Part shown: positions 20,072-28,911 of the stretch, piece by piece
Layout of the letters: every line of letters begins with the position of its first letter
Position numbering within the stretch: the first letter of the stretch is position 1
Source of the DNA: Candidatus Nanohaloarchaea archaeon
GTDB taxonomy: Archaea; Nanohalarchaeota; Nanosalinia; Nanosalinales; Nanosalinaceae
DNA length: 64,000 nt
Assembly (NCBI GenBank): GCA_042218325.1
Contig: JBDGRE010000001.1
Location: forward strand, 144,990-208,989
Reading direction: 5' to 3'
Translations under genes and position numbers: made by a program
The notes under the pieces: generated by a model
Databases searched by the model: none
Seen by the model: the letters and a program-made list of their open reading frames with translations, nothing else
What the model was told of the DNA's origin: nothing

Positions 20072-21801
20072 CTGATTATCGTTATATCGTCGGAGCCTGA
20101 TTTCTCCGGCTTGCCTGAAAGGTTCTGGGCCCGGAGCTGCTGCTCCAGCTCGTGTATCTTTTCCTGGTTAGATATCACGTGTTCGGCGAGGTTGTCTATC
20201 TTCCTCTCTATAGTGGAAAGGTCCTGTCCGCCCTGGTCCTGGCTTCCGCCTGTTGCCACGGGCTGCGGAAGCTCCTGCTGCCGCTCTGCCCGTTCCTCCT
20301 GCTTCTCGACCTTCTCGGCCACGTTCTCTATCCTTGTATCGACGAGCTGCTCCATGTCCTCCAGCTTCTGTTCCAGCCGCTCTACTTCGGCCTGCAGCCG
20401 GTTCTCGTTCCGGTTGACGCTCTGCGCTATCTCGCTTACCTTCGACTGGACGTTCCTCTGTCCCTGCCTCGCCTTCTGCTCTATCTCATCCAGCTTCTGC
20501 TCGACCTCCTGCGAGTTCTTCTCCAGCTGCGCGTCAACGGTCTCGAGCTCCTGCTCCAGCTTCTCGACGTATTCTTGGTTGTCGTTTACGAGCTCCACGA
20601 CTCGGTCGATACGCTCGGAGAAGTCTTCGTGGCTTCCCTGTATCTTTTCCAGCACCTCGGCCTCTACAGTGTCCTCAAGGTTGCTTATACGCTTTTCTCC
20701 CTCGCGTACAGCGCGGTCGACCTCCGAGCTCAGCTGCCGGAGCCTGTCCTCGATATCCCCGCGCATCTCTTCCAGCTCTTCGTCGAGCTCTTCCTCTTCG
20801 ACAGTATCTTCCTCCAGTTCGTCTATCTTTTCCTCTACGTCGTTTCTCAGCTGCTCGAGCGCCTCATGGTCCTTCCGGTCCATCTCCCGCTCCAGCTTCT
20901 TGATACGCCTGCGCAGTTCCTTGACCTGTGTCTGGTCCAGCTTCTGCGACAGGCCGTCCTTCTCTATGGAGGACAGCCGTGACTTGATGGCGTTCAGGTC
21001 GAACCTGATGGCATCTATATTTTCCGGTTCCCTGCCGGGTTCCACCGGGTCGTCCGGCTTTTCCGGTAGCGGCCGCCTCTCCACGGTATCCGGTGAGTCT
21101 TCTATCCGTGAGACCTTGGATTCCAGGTCGATAACGCGGTCCTCGAGTCTTTCCTCGAATCCCTTGACCTTGTCAAGCTTCTTCTCGAACTCTTCTATCT
21201 CTTCCAGTTTCTCGTCGAGCTCTTCAAGGGCCTCGCTTTCTACGCCGGTATCATTTTTGCCCGTCTCAATCTGTTTCATCTCCTTCCGGAGCTTCTTGAC
21301 CTCTGCTGTAACCTTTTTCAGCTGGTTGTAGTTCGACCTGACAGCCTTCCGGTACTTGTCACTCATCTCCCCTCCGGTTCCCTGTTCTGGAGCCTGTGGG
21401 GAGGAATTATCCATGTTCTCCAGCTGTTCCTCTACGCTCTGGATGCGTTTCTCCAGCTGCTGGTCGCGCTCGGTGGAGTCAAGGTCCATGTTCTCGCGGA
21501 CGTCCTTTATCTGCCGGTACAGGTACTCCATCTTCTCGTGGACCTTGCCCTCCTTGTACTCCTGCTTGATTTGCTCCACCATGTTGAGCCGTTTCTCTAG
21601 CTCCTCCTTGTCCATGTGGTTGAGCATCTCTTCGACTTCCTTGACCTCGTCCTCGAGTGACATCGACTCGAGCTGGGCCATCATATCCTTGTCCTCCAGG
21701 TCTTGGATACGGCTCTCCATCTCGCGGATGCGGTCCTCTATGCCCTGAAGCTCCTCTTCGAGCTTCGCCTTGCTTATTTCACCGGTGTCATCTTCGGGCA
21801 T
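20068..21801 (-). CDS. long coiled-coil protein
   Basis: 577 aa of E/K/Q/L heptads with short Pro-rich linkers; no ATPase motif or TM. Confidence 0.75.
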   Translation of the reverse strand: MPEDDTGEISKAKLEEELQGIEDRIREMESRIQDLEDKDMMAQLESMSLEDEVKEVEEMLNHMDKEELEKRLNMVEQIKQEYKEGKVHEKMEYLYRQIKDVRENMDLDSTERDQQLEKRIQSVEEQLENMDNSSPQAPEQGTGGEMSDKYRKAVRSNYNQLKKVTAEVKKLRKEMKQIETGKNDTGVESEALEELDEKLEEIEEFEKKLDKVKGFEERLEDRVIDLESKVSRIEDSPDTVERRPLPEKPDDPVEPGREPENIDAIRFDLNAIKSRLSSIEKDGLSQKLDQTQVKELRRRIKKLEREMDRKDHEALEQLRNDVEEKIDELEEDTVEEEELDEELEEMRGDIEDRLRQLSSEVDRAVREGEKRISNLEDTVEAEVLEKIQGSHEDFSERIDRVVELVNDNQEYVEKLEQELETVDAQLEKNSQEVEQKLDEIEQKARQGQRNVQSKVSEIAQSVNRNENRLQAEVERLEQKLEDMEQLVDTRIENVAEKVEKQEERAERQQELPQPVATGGSQDQGGQDLSTIERKIDNLAEHVISNQEKIHELEQQLRAQNLSGKPEKSGSDDITIIS

Positions 21802-21897
21802 ACTGAAGATTTCGCAAGGCCGGAATAAAAAAGAAGAGGTTATCTGTATTCAGCCGGTATTTAGTCTGGTTAAGAAAAGAAAAAGGATGAGAAAAAT

Positions 21898-22314
21898 TTA
21901 CGGTGTGTAGGTCGCGTCTGAAGCGCCCTGGCAGTTCACTGGTGAGGCACGGATTTCTTCAAGTGAGGCGCCAGAATTCCCGTTGTTTGGCGTCTGGACC
22001 GCTCCCCTGTTCCCAGTGATATCTACATAATCCTGAGCGGGACTGGTTCCGTCGTCGTAGAACCAGGTCACAGATACGTTGCCTACCGGCTCACTGCCGC
22101 TGGTCTGTTGAATCGTGGCGCTGTTCGCGTCACCACTTGTTATCTCAATGATTACCCCTGTACATCTTGATAGCTCTTCTGATGTGTTGGTCGTGTCTTG
22201 TTGGGCGTTCTGTATCAGCTGTGGTGCCCATTGTGCGAATAGGGATGCTACTGCCATCGTGAAAGCAATCAGCAATACAGCGGCAATCAGAGGAGATATA
22301 CCCTTTCTTCTCAT
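21898..22314 (-). CDS. archaeal type IV pilin (archaellin/pilin N-terminal domain)
   Basis: RRKG/ISPLIAAVLLIAFTMAVA; two Cys; T-rich terminator downstream. Confidence 0.9.
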   Translation of the reverse strand: MRRKGISPLIAAVLLIAFTMAVASLFAQWAPQLIQNAQQDTTNTSEELSRCTGVIIEITSGDANSATIQQTSGSEPVGNVSVTWFYDDGTSPAQDYVDITGNRGAVQTPNNGNSGASLEEIRASPVNCQGASDATYTP

Positions 22315-22356
22315 AGGCAACAGTTCCCCGTGCTGTTATTTAAAGGTTCCCGAGAT

Positions 22357-22776
22357 TCACGGTGTGTAAGAAATCGTAGATGCGCCCTGACAGTTCGTCG
22401 GGCTGACTCTTACCTCGTCGATGCTCCCTCCGGAACCATCTCCGTAGATTACTGCGGTTCCCCGGGGACTGTCGATAGAGGTATCGTTCTGTACTGGGCC
22501 ATTGCTGTAGAACCAGGTGACTTTGAGGTCCCCTATGCCTTGATCACCGGTGGTCTGCTGGATGGTGATGCTGGCTGGTGTGCTCGAAAGGTCGGCCTGG
22601 GCTACCTGTATATTGAGCCCAGTGCATCTCTGGAGTTCCTGTGATGTATTCGAGGTATCCTGCTGTGCGTTCTGCATCAGCTGTGGTGCCCACTGGGCGA
22701 ACAGGGATGCTACCGCCATCGTGAACGCGATTAAAAGTACTGCGGCGATGAGCGGCGAGATACCTTTTCTTTTCAT
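22357..22776 (-). CDS. archaeal type IV pilin, tandem paralog
   Basis: KRKG/ISPLIAAVLLIAFTMAVA, identical N-terminal helix to its neighbour. Confidence 0.9.
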   Translation of the reverse strand: MKRKGISPLIAAVLLIAFTMAVASLFAQWAPQLMQNAQQDTSNTSQELQRCTGLNIQVAQADLSSTPASITIQQTTGDQGIGDLKVTWFYSNGPVQNDTSIDSPRGTAVIYGDGSGGSIDEVRVSPTNCQGASTISYTP

Positions 22777-22789
22777 ATATGTACGATGC

Positions 22790-23329
22790 TTACTGACGCT
22801 GCATTAAAAGTGTTTCCTGTTCCTGCGCTCTCAGCCAGTACAGCCAAAGCACGAACACCACGGCTGTGAGACCCCACTTCCACAGCGTTCCGTGGATTAT
22901 GTCGAAGGAGATTATGCCCTGGTGGCTGAGGTAGACGGTGGATACGACCCGGACCAGGTTGGCGGCTGCAAGAACCCCGATACCCGCGAACAGGTATCTC
23001 CAGTGCTTTCTCACCGGCCCGGAGGCGTACATCAGCCCGGTGAAGGCAGCCATGGACTTCCAGCCGAGGCAGTCCTGGGTTATCTGGTATGTGCCCGAGT
23101 CCAGGAATATGAAGTATCCGGTGTGAGTGGCCTGGATGCCAAGGAGTCCCAGAACCTGGGAGACGATGCCGGCGAACCAGGCCTGTATCCCGTAGGTGGA
23201 CGGGTAGAGAAAAAGAACCAGCTGGAAGATGGCGCCCGCGAGGAGAAGCTTGCCGAGGAACATAGATGTGTATAGGAGTTTCCGCTGCCTGCGGTCCAGC
23301 TCCCCGGTGTCGAGTTTCTCCATGATCAT
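22790..23329 (-). CDS. archaeosortase/exosortase family protein
   Basis: Multi-TM protein with the Cys-Arg-His set: ITQDCLGWKS, ANLVRV, IIHGTLW. Confidence 0.8.
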   Translation of the reverse strand: MIMEKLDTGELDRRQRKLLYTSMFLGKLLLAGAIFQLVLFLYPSTYGIQAWFAGIVSQVLGLLGIQATHTGYFIFLDSGTYQITQDCLGWKSMAAFTGLMYASGPVRKHWRYLFAGIGVLAAANLVRVVSTVYLSHQGIISFDIIHGTLWKWGLTAVVFVLWLYWLRAQEQETLLMQRQ

Positions 23330-23781
23330 GAAGAGGCCTTGCGTTTGATGCTTGAGAGATCGTGCGAGAAGTAGCTGTCCGCTACCTCCGCGAGGTCTTC
23401 CCCGCTTACCTCCTGGAACTCTTTTATCTTCCTCACCTTCCTGTGCATGCTCTTGTAGGCGTGAAAGGCCGATGCCGCCGCATCCTTCTCGTGAGAGTTA
23501 TCGCCTCTTCCAAGTTCCTCCTTCCGCTGTCTCGAAAGGTCTTCCTCTGGCTCGAACCTGTACGCGCCCAGCGAGCTCGCGATTTTCTCGACTGTCGAGG
23601 GCATCTTGCCGGTGTCGCAGGCGACCACCACAGGTTTTCCGGTGTCGATTATCATCCGTATTATCTCGTGTCTTGGCAGCTCCCTGTCGCTTTCTAGAAG
23701 CTCCAGCTCGCCGTCGAGGTTTACTGCGGCGACCGCGGAAGTATTGCCGGGGTCGATACCGACGAACAGCGGTTCAGGCAT
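23326..23781 (-). CDS. DUF460-like protein (RNase H-like fold)
   Basis: VGIDPGNTSAVAAVNLDG, GKPVVVACD, NSHEKDA. Confidence 0.75.
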   Translation of the reverse strand: MPEPLFVGIDPGNTSAVAAVNLDGELELLESDRELPRHEIIRMIIDTGKPVVVACDTGKMPSTVEKIASSLGAYRFEPEEDLSRQRKEELGRGDNSHEKDAAASAFHAYKSMHRKVRKIKEFQEVSGEDLAEVADSYFSHDLSSIKRKASS

Positions 23782-25927
23782 CGTAGTCTTCCGCGATAAG
23801 GTCACGGATTTTGCCTGCGGTCTTGTCTCCTATCCCCTTCACGTTCATCAGTTCTGTCTTCGAAGCGGTAAATACTTTTTCGATGCTGCCGAACTCCTCG
23901 AGCAGCCGCTCCGCTATCTTGGTGTTCACGTCGGGCAGCCCCGCGACCACGAACTCCTTCATCTCCTTCCGGGCCTTTGGCGTCTTCTCGCCCCTGATCG
24001 CGAGCTCCCTCTCGTTCTCCTCCTGCTCGCGCTTCGCCAGCGACTTCAGCAGTTCCGCGGTCTCGTCCTCGTCGCTGCTCCACAGTATCGGCACCTGGTA
24101 CTCTATACTGATGCTCGACAAAGCGCCGCGGATGGCGTTCGGGTGTACATCCCTGTGCTTGTAAAGGTCCTCACCCTCGATAAGGAGAACGGGCCGCTCG
24201 AACTGCTGCATCTCCTCCAGCTGCGTGAAAAGCCGCTGGTCCAGCATCGAGTCCACGAAGTCGTCCGCCCGCTTCCGCTCGACCGCGGTCCTGTCGGATA
24301 CCAGGAAGTCGCCGATGTCCAGCCGTTTCTTCCTGACGGTAACCTCCATCTTCGACAGCTTTTTCGCCACGCTGTTTTCCCGGTCGTCGGCGTATATCAC
24401 CAGCCCGGAGTCTTCGTCCCCGAAGCCGTCCAGCGTTCTCTGCTTTTCCTCTTCCATCTCTCTACCCGCGTCTTTCAACTCTTCAAGCACCTCGTTCATC
24501 CGTTTCTTCTTGTGGTGGGAGCTCCAGTAGTTGCCCTCGTCACGTGTGTTTTCGGCTATCAAGACATAAACCTCTCCCTCCTGCTGCCGGCCTGTCCTCC
24601 CGGAGCGCTGGATGTCGCGGATGCCCGAGGCCACTGGCTCGTAGAATATGACGTAGTCGACCGCCGGTATGTCGAGTCCCTCCTCGCCTATCGACGTGGA
24701 GACCAGGACGTCAAACTTCCCGGAGTCGAACGCCTCCAGCACCTCCAGCTGCTTGTTCTGCGTCATCCCATTATCGCCCTGCTGGCCGACGAACATCACC
24801 GCGTTATGCCCTGAGGAGTTCAGCTCCTCGGCGATCTTCTCCGCCGAGCTCCGGTACTCGGTGAACACCATCGCCTTCTCATCGCTGTCTTTCTCCTCCA
24901 GTATCTCCCGCAGTCTGTCGAGCTTGGGGTGCTCCTCACCCCTCTTCTTGAGGTACTCCACCATCGATTTTGCGCCCTGGAAATCCTCGTCGTTCAGCGC
25001 CCGTGACGCGGCTTTTGAATCGTCGCGTTTCAGGCCGTCGATGTAGTTGTACGCCTGTGAGACTCCCTGTGTCTCCAGCAGCTCTATGGCCTGAGATATC
25101 TTCAGCGCGGTGGCGACCCGTGAGACCGCGGAGTAAAGCTTCGGGTCGTCCTCCGTCGATAGCCGGGAGCTCAGCTCGCCTCTCAGTTTCAGCAGGTCCT
25201 TCTTGTACACACTGCTGGCGGAGTCGATGATACCCATAGATTTCAGTTTCTCGAGCTGCGTCCTCTTGGCTTTCTCCATGCCGTTCTTGGCCTCCTCGAA
25301 CCGGTTGTCGAGCGATACCCGGGTCCAGTTGACGTTCTTCTCCTCCATGTAGGGCTCCACGTCCGGGTCGTCCTCGGTGCGGACCTCGAAGTTCTCGATG
25401 TCCAGGTTGTCCGCCACCCTCATTATCTTCTCTTTGTCGCCGCCCGGTGAAGCGGTCAGCGCGAGCTTGTGCGCCGCGAACTTTTCCGATATGAAGACGT
25501 AGCTGTACTCTCCTGTGGCGCGGTGGGCCTCGTCGAATATCACCAGCTCGAACTCTTCCCGCGGTATCTCGTCTGCTATCAGGTCGTTCTCAACCACCTG
25601 CGGAGTCGCGAAGAACGCCTTTTTCTGCTTCCACAGCTCGTACCGTTTATCAGGCCGCGTGTCACCGGTCATCACCACCATCTCGTCGCGGTCCACCTCG
25701 AGCAGGTCGTCGAAGGTCTCGAGGTGCTGCTCCACCAGCGGCCGTGTCGGCGCGAGGAAAAGAACCTTGCCCGAGTCGAGTTTCTGGGAGGCGACCATCG
25801 CCGCGATGACGGTCTTTCCTAGGCCGGTGGGAAGTACGACGAGGGTGTTCGAGTCGCGGGCGGAGGCGGCTATGACCTCCTGGTAGGTCCTCGACTCAAG
25901 TTCACCGGTTTTCAGAAGCTGGCTCAC
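23774..25927 (-). CDS. hef: Hef helicase/nuclease (FANCM-like SF2 helicase plus ERCC4 nuclease and HhH)
   Basis: LPTGLGKT, DEAH, LTASPG, QRSGRTGR, ERCC4 GDF...VERK, HhH VKGIGDKTA. Confidence 0.93.
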   Translation of the reverse strand: MSQLLKTGELESRTYQEVIAASARDSNTLVVLPTGLGKTVIAAMVASQKLDSGKVLFLAPTRPLVEQHLETFDDLLEVDRDEMVVMTGDTRPDKRYELWKQKKAFFATPQVVENDLIADEIPREEFELVIFDEAHRATGEYSYVFISEKFAAHKLALTASPGGDKEKIMRVADNLDIENFEVRTEDDPDVEPYMEEKNVNWTRVSLDNRFEEAKNGMEKAKRTQLEKLKSMGIIDSASSVYKKDLLKLRGELSSRLSTEDDPKLYSAVSRVATALKISQAIELLETQGVSQAYNYIDGLKRDDSKAASRALNDEDFQGAKSMVEYLKKRGEEHPKLDRLREILEEKDSDEKAMVFTEYRSSAEKIAEELNSSGHNAVMFVGQQGDNGMTQNKQLEVLEAFDSGKFDVLVSTSIGEEGLDIPAVDYVIFYEPVASGIRDIQRSGRTGRQQEGEVYVLIAENTRDEGNYWSSHHKKKRMNEVLEELKDAGREMEEEKQRTLDGFGDEDSGLVIYADDRENSVAKKLSKMEVTVRKKRLDIGDFLVSDRTAVERKRADDFVDSMLDQRLFTQLEEMQQFERPVLLIEGEDLYKHRDVHPNAIRGALSSISIEYQVPILWSSDEDETAELLKSLAKREQEENERELAIRGEKTPKARKEMKEFVVAGLPDVNTKIAERLLEEFGSIEKVFTASKTELMNVKGIGDKTAGKIRDLIAEDYDA

Positions 25928-25963
25928 GTCTGGTATTTGCCCGTGAAATTTGATAAACCGGTA

Positions 25964-26476
25964 TCATCGTACCTGGATCCCTGGCCGGGCAGGTACCTCT
26001 ATCATCCTGAGAGCCCGGAAGAACACCAGGCTTCCCAGTATAAACGCTCCTGAGGCCTTCATCATCGTGGCATCCACCGGGAGACCGGTCTGGACCACGA
26101 CCACGGTGACGTACGCCAGCGGATAGACTATGTCGGCGCTGGAGGCCCTGAACGCGATCCCGGGAGACCATTTATGGTAGAAGTCCATGTAGCCGACGAA
26201 GGCTCCCGCGGTGACGAGGAAGTATGCGGCGTATCGTTCCGTGGCGGTGTCGATGGCGCCGGCCAGCAGAAGGTTGAGACCTGTCGCGACCCAGAGGACC
26301 GCGTTGCCGACGGACGTGTTCCATCCGAGCGACTCGTTCACATGCTTCCCGAAGTAGAGCTCTATCACGAAAGCACCGAGTATCAGCGGAAGCAGCTCCG
26401 GTAACAGTCCCGGGTTCTCCAACGGCGCGAACACGAGCTCGAGTACGCGCTCCTGCAGGCTGGCTCCTGTATGCAT
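25964..26476 (-). CDS. multi-pass membrane protein
   Basis: About 5 hydrophobic segments; start overlaps the ATPase stop. Confidence 0.7.
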   Translation of the reverse strand: MHTGASLQERVLELVFAPLENPGLLPELLPLILGAFVIELYFGKHVNESLGWNTSVGNAVLWVATGLNLLLAGAIDTATERYAAYFLVTAGAFVGYMDFYHKWSPGIAFRASSADIVYPLAYVTVVVVQTGLPVDATMMKASGAFILGSLVFFRALRMIEVPARPGIQVR

Positions 26477-27735
26477 CAGTCTTCGAAAGCGTCCGGTGTT
26501 CCTCCGGCGTGCCAGGATTTTCTGGGCCGTATCTGCAGCGGGTAGATGCGTTCCGAGTTATCGTCCAGTATCAGGCCGGTTCCCACGCGGTCCGGCAGCG
26601 CGTCGATGTAGTGGTCTATATCGTGCCGCATGTAGGTGTGCATGATGTTGCCGAGCGCGTCGATGTCCTGGCTCGCGGTCAGCCGATGGGAAAGGATGAG
26701 ATCGCACTGCGAAAGCGCGTCCGGGTGCAGTTTCGCGGGCTGCTGCGTCGCCAGCCCCAGGCAAACGCCGGGTTCACGACCGATTTTCACCCACCGCATC
26801 AACGGGTGCGACGCCGCGGTCTCGCCCTCCGCAGGTAAGAACTCGTGGGCCTCGTCTATCAGCATCCATACGATAGGCATCTCGTTCTCCGCGATGCCCT
26901 CCATCTCATCGATCTCCTCTATTCTTCTCGCCGTCATGCGTTCCCTGAGTATCTTTTTCGCCAATAACCCTACCACGAGCGCTCTTACCGACCAGCCAGA
27001 GCCCATCTCGCCGAAAACCGAGACGTCCAGAACGGAGAGGCCGCCGCGCTGCGTCAGCTTGTCAAGCGAAGATTCCTCGCCGAATATACCCCAGTCCTTC
27101 GCGCTCATGAAACGGTTCTCCAGCCGTCTCTTGACCTCCTCCGGGAAGTCGAACCTGTCGATAAGCCTCATCATGTCGTCGATACTGTAATCATCCATCT
27201 CCTCCTCCAGCTTTGTCAGCATCCGCTCAAGCAGGATACCCGCCTCCGAGTTCATCTCGATGCCGAACGCCATCGCCCATTCCTGGGCCGACAGCTCCGC
27301 CGGGTTCAGCGTGAACGTGTCGTCATACGGCATCTCCCTCTCCTCGAAGTGCTGAGTCTTGCCCTCCGGGATGAAGACCTCTGCCTCAAATGCTTCCGGC
27401 TTCTGGTCCCAGTTCTCGAGCTCCGTCGCCTGCCTGTCGTTAGGTCTCTTCATCGACCAGTAGATACCCATCGGGTCGACGATGATGGTCGAAAGATTGT
27501 CCGCGATATCCGCGTTCTGGAGCTCCTCCGCGATGACACCCATCGAGTACGATTTACCGGTGCCACGTTTCCCGAAGATGCCCATGACGTGTGGCCGTGC
27601 GAGGTCGAAGTAGATAGGGTTGGCCTTGTGTGCCTCCTCGTTCTCCCCGACGAGATGCTTGCCGATCACGCCGGTGCCTTTCAGGCCGTGCTCCTCCCTG
27701 TCCTCTTCGTCGCGGCCGACGGATATCTTGGGCAT
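26476..27735 (-). CDS. HerA/FtsK-superfamily ATPase (DUF87-like)
   Basis: GKRGTGKSY, VDPMG, LIDEAHEF, GREPG...ATQQP; start at MPKISVG. Confidence 0.88.
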   Translation of the reverse strand: MPKISVGRDEEDREEHGLKGTGVIGKHLVGENEEAHKANPIYFDLARPHVMGIFGKRGTGKSYSMGVIAEELQNADIADNLSTIIVDPMGIYWSMKRPNDRQATELENWDQKPEAFEAEVFIPEGKTQHFEEREMPYDDTFTLNPAELSAQEWAMAFGIEMNSEAGILLERMLTKLEEEMDDYSIDDMMRLIDRFDFPEEVKRRLENRFMSAKDWGIFGEESSLDKLTQRGGLSVLDVSVFGEMGSGWSVRALVVGLLAKKILRERMTARRIEEIDEMEGIAENEMPIVWMLIDEAHEFLPAEGETAASHPLMRWVKIGREPGVCLGLATQQPAKLHPDALSQCDLILSHRLTASQDIDALGNIMHTYMRHDIDHYIDALPDRVGTGLILDDNSERIYPLQIRPRKSWHAGGTPDAFED

Positions 27736-27767
27736 ACGGAAGGTTTGCCTGCCGCGAATATAAAATC

Positions 27768-28373
27768 TCAGACGGTGAGCACGGCGCCGATGATTGAAAG
27801 ACCCATCAATAAGAGCCAGGTGAAACCGCCCCATCTAAGGATGTAGGCGCCGTCAAGTGCTCCTGTGGGTATGTCCTCGTAGTCGAATGGAAGCAGCTGG
27901 AACAGGGTGAAAAGGATGTATCCTGTTGCAAGCCTGTCGAAGCCGAGCTGCCACGTGGCCAGCCAGCCCGCGAACAGCGCGATTATGCCCCCGAGGACTA
28001 TCCAGAACTGCCGTTTCATCCAGATAGCGTCTATTGTTTTGCCCCAGTGCTCGTAGCTCTTCCCGGAGAAGCTGGATGTAAGAGGCAAAAGCGCCACGAT
28101 AGGAGTGCTGGTGAGGTAGGCGGTCATGGCGGCCAGGACCGTGATGGATGCTCCCTCCATGGAGAGCTCCACGTCGATGTACGCGTCTATCCACTCTGCT
28201 ACTGTCCTCTGCCCGAACTCCCGCGTCAGTATGACGGCTGCCGACACGCCGAGCCAGGCCAGTGCCGGGACCACGTCCCGGGTCTGGCTGAAGGCCGCAA
28301 GTCCCGCGGCGACGACGAGAACGGCGACCGCGAGGTTCTTGACCTCTTCCTCCGACAGGAGGTAGCTGTCCAT
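27768..28373 (-). CDS. multi-pass membrane protein (M50 peptidase-like, metal motif degenerate)
   Basis: TREFGQ where HExxH would be, FQLLPF...ALDG tail, about 6 TMs. Confidence 0.6.
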   Translation of the reverse strand: MDSYLLSEEEVKNLAVAVLVVAAGLAAFSQTRDVVPALAWLGVSAAVILTREFGQRTVAEWIDAYIDVELSMEGASITVLAAMTAYLTSTPIVALLPLTSSFSGKSYEHWGKTIDAIWMKRQFWIVLGGIIALFAGWLATWQLGFDRLATGYILFTLFQLLPFDYEDIPTGALDGAYILRWGGFTWLLLMGLSIIGAVLTV

Positions 28374-28408
28374 AACTGGGAATTCGTCCGCGCCGGTTAA
28401 AAAAACGA

Positions 28409-28888
28409 CTATATATCCAGGTTGAGGCAGAGCTCGGCTATCGAGTAGCTCTCGCTGTCCCTCAGTATCTCGGGATGCTCCCGTATCTCGTCTAGATGCA
28501 GCCCGGTCTCGTCCTCCTCGAAACGCTGTCTCACTATCTCCCACGGCACGATGTACGCCTCCCTCGGCCTTCCACGGCCTTTCTTGATCTCCACCGCGAG
28601 AAGTCCTTTGCGACCGGAGCGGTCGAGGAAGTCGCTGATGCGGTCAATTTGGTGGCCGCCGTCGCTCATGGAGAAATGCTGCGAGAAGTACAGTTTGTTG
28701 GTCGAGGACTCCTTGACTGATTTGTTCTCGATGGCGAGGTAGAACATCTCGTGCTCCGAGTCGACCAGCACGTCGCACAGCTGGGAGCTGAAACGGTGCT
28801 GCTTCTTCCGGTGTGCGATACCGTCGATATCCTCATCCTCGAAGAAGTCGTTGAAGGCGTTGACGAGCTCCCGCTCGAACTCTGTCAT
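28409..28888 (-). CDS. PD-(D/E)XK nuclease, Holliday-junction-resolvase-like
   Basis: FERELV...CDVLV...AIENKS...HQIDRI pattern. Confidence 0.72.
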   Translation of the reverse strand: MTEFERELVNAFNDFFEDEDIDGIAHRKKQHRFSSQLCDVLVDSEHEMFYLAIENKSVKESSTNKLYFSQHFSMSDGGHQIDRISDFLDRSGRKGLLAVEIKKGRGRPREAYIVPWEIVRQRFEEDETGLHLDEIREHPEILRDSESYSIAELCLNLDI

Positions 28889-28911
28889 GTAGAAAAGTAG
28901 GCCGCGCAAGG

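Noticed and set aside
20111-21331. Long antisense Ser-rich ORFs (also 18281-19021, 3752-4558, 23606-24814)
   Set aside because: They are reverse-frame shadows of Glu/Asp-rich, GC-rich genes.
20068-21801. SMC/Rad50 protein
   Set aside because: No Walker A/B, signature motif, hinge or zinc hook.
21898-22776. Archaellin genes / archaellum operon
   Set aside because: The proteins are only ~139 aa, and no FlaH or FlaF/G is visible; the ATPase with two TadB/C-like genes fits a pilus.
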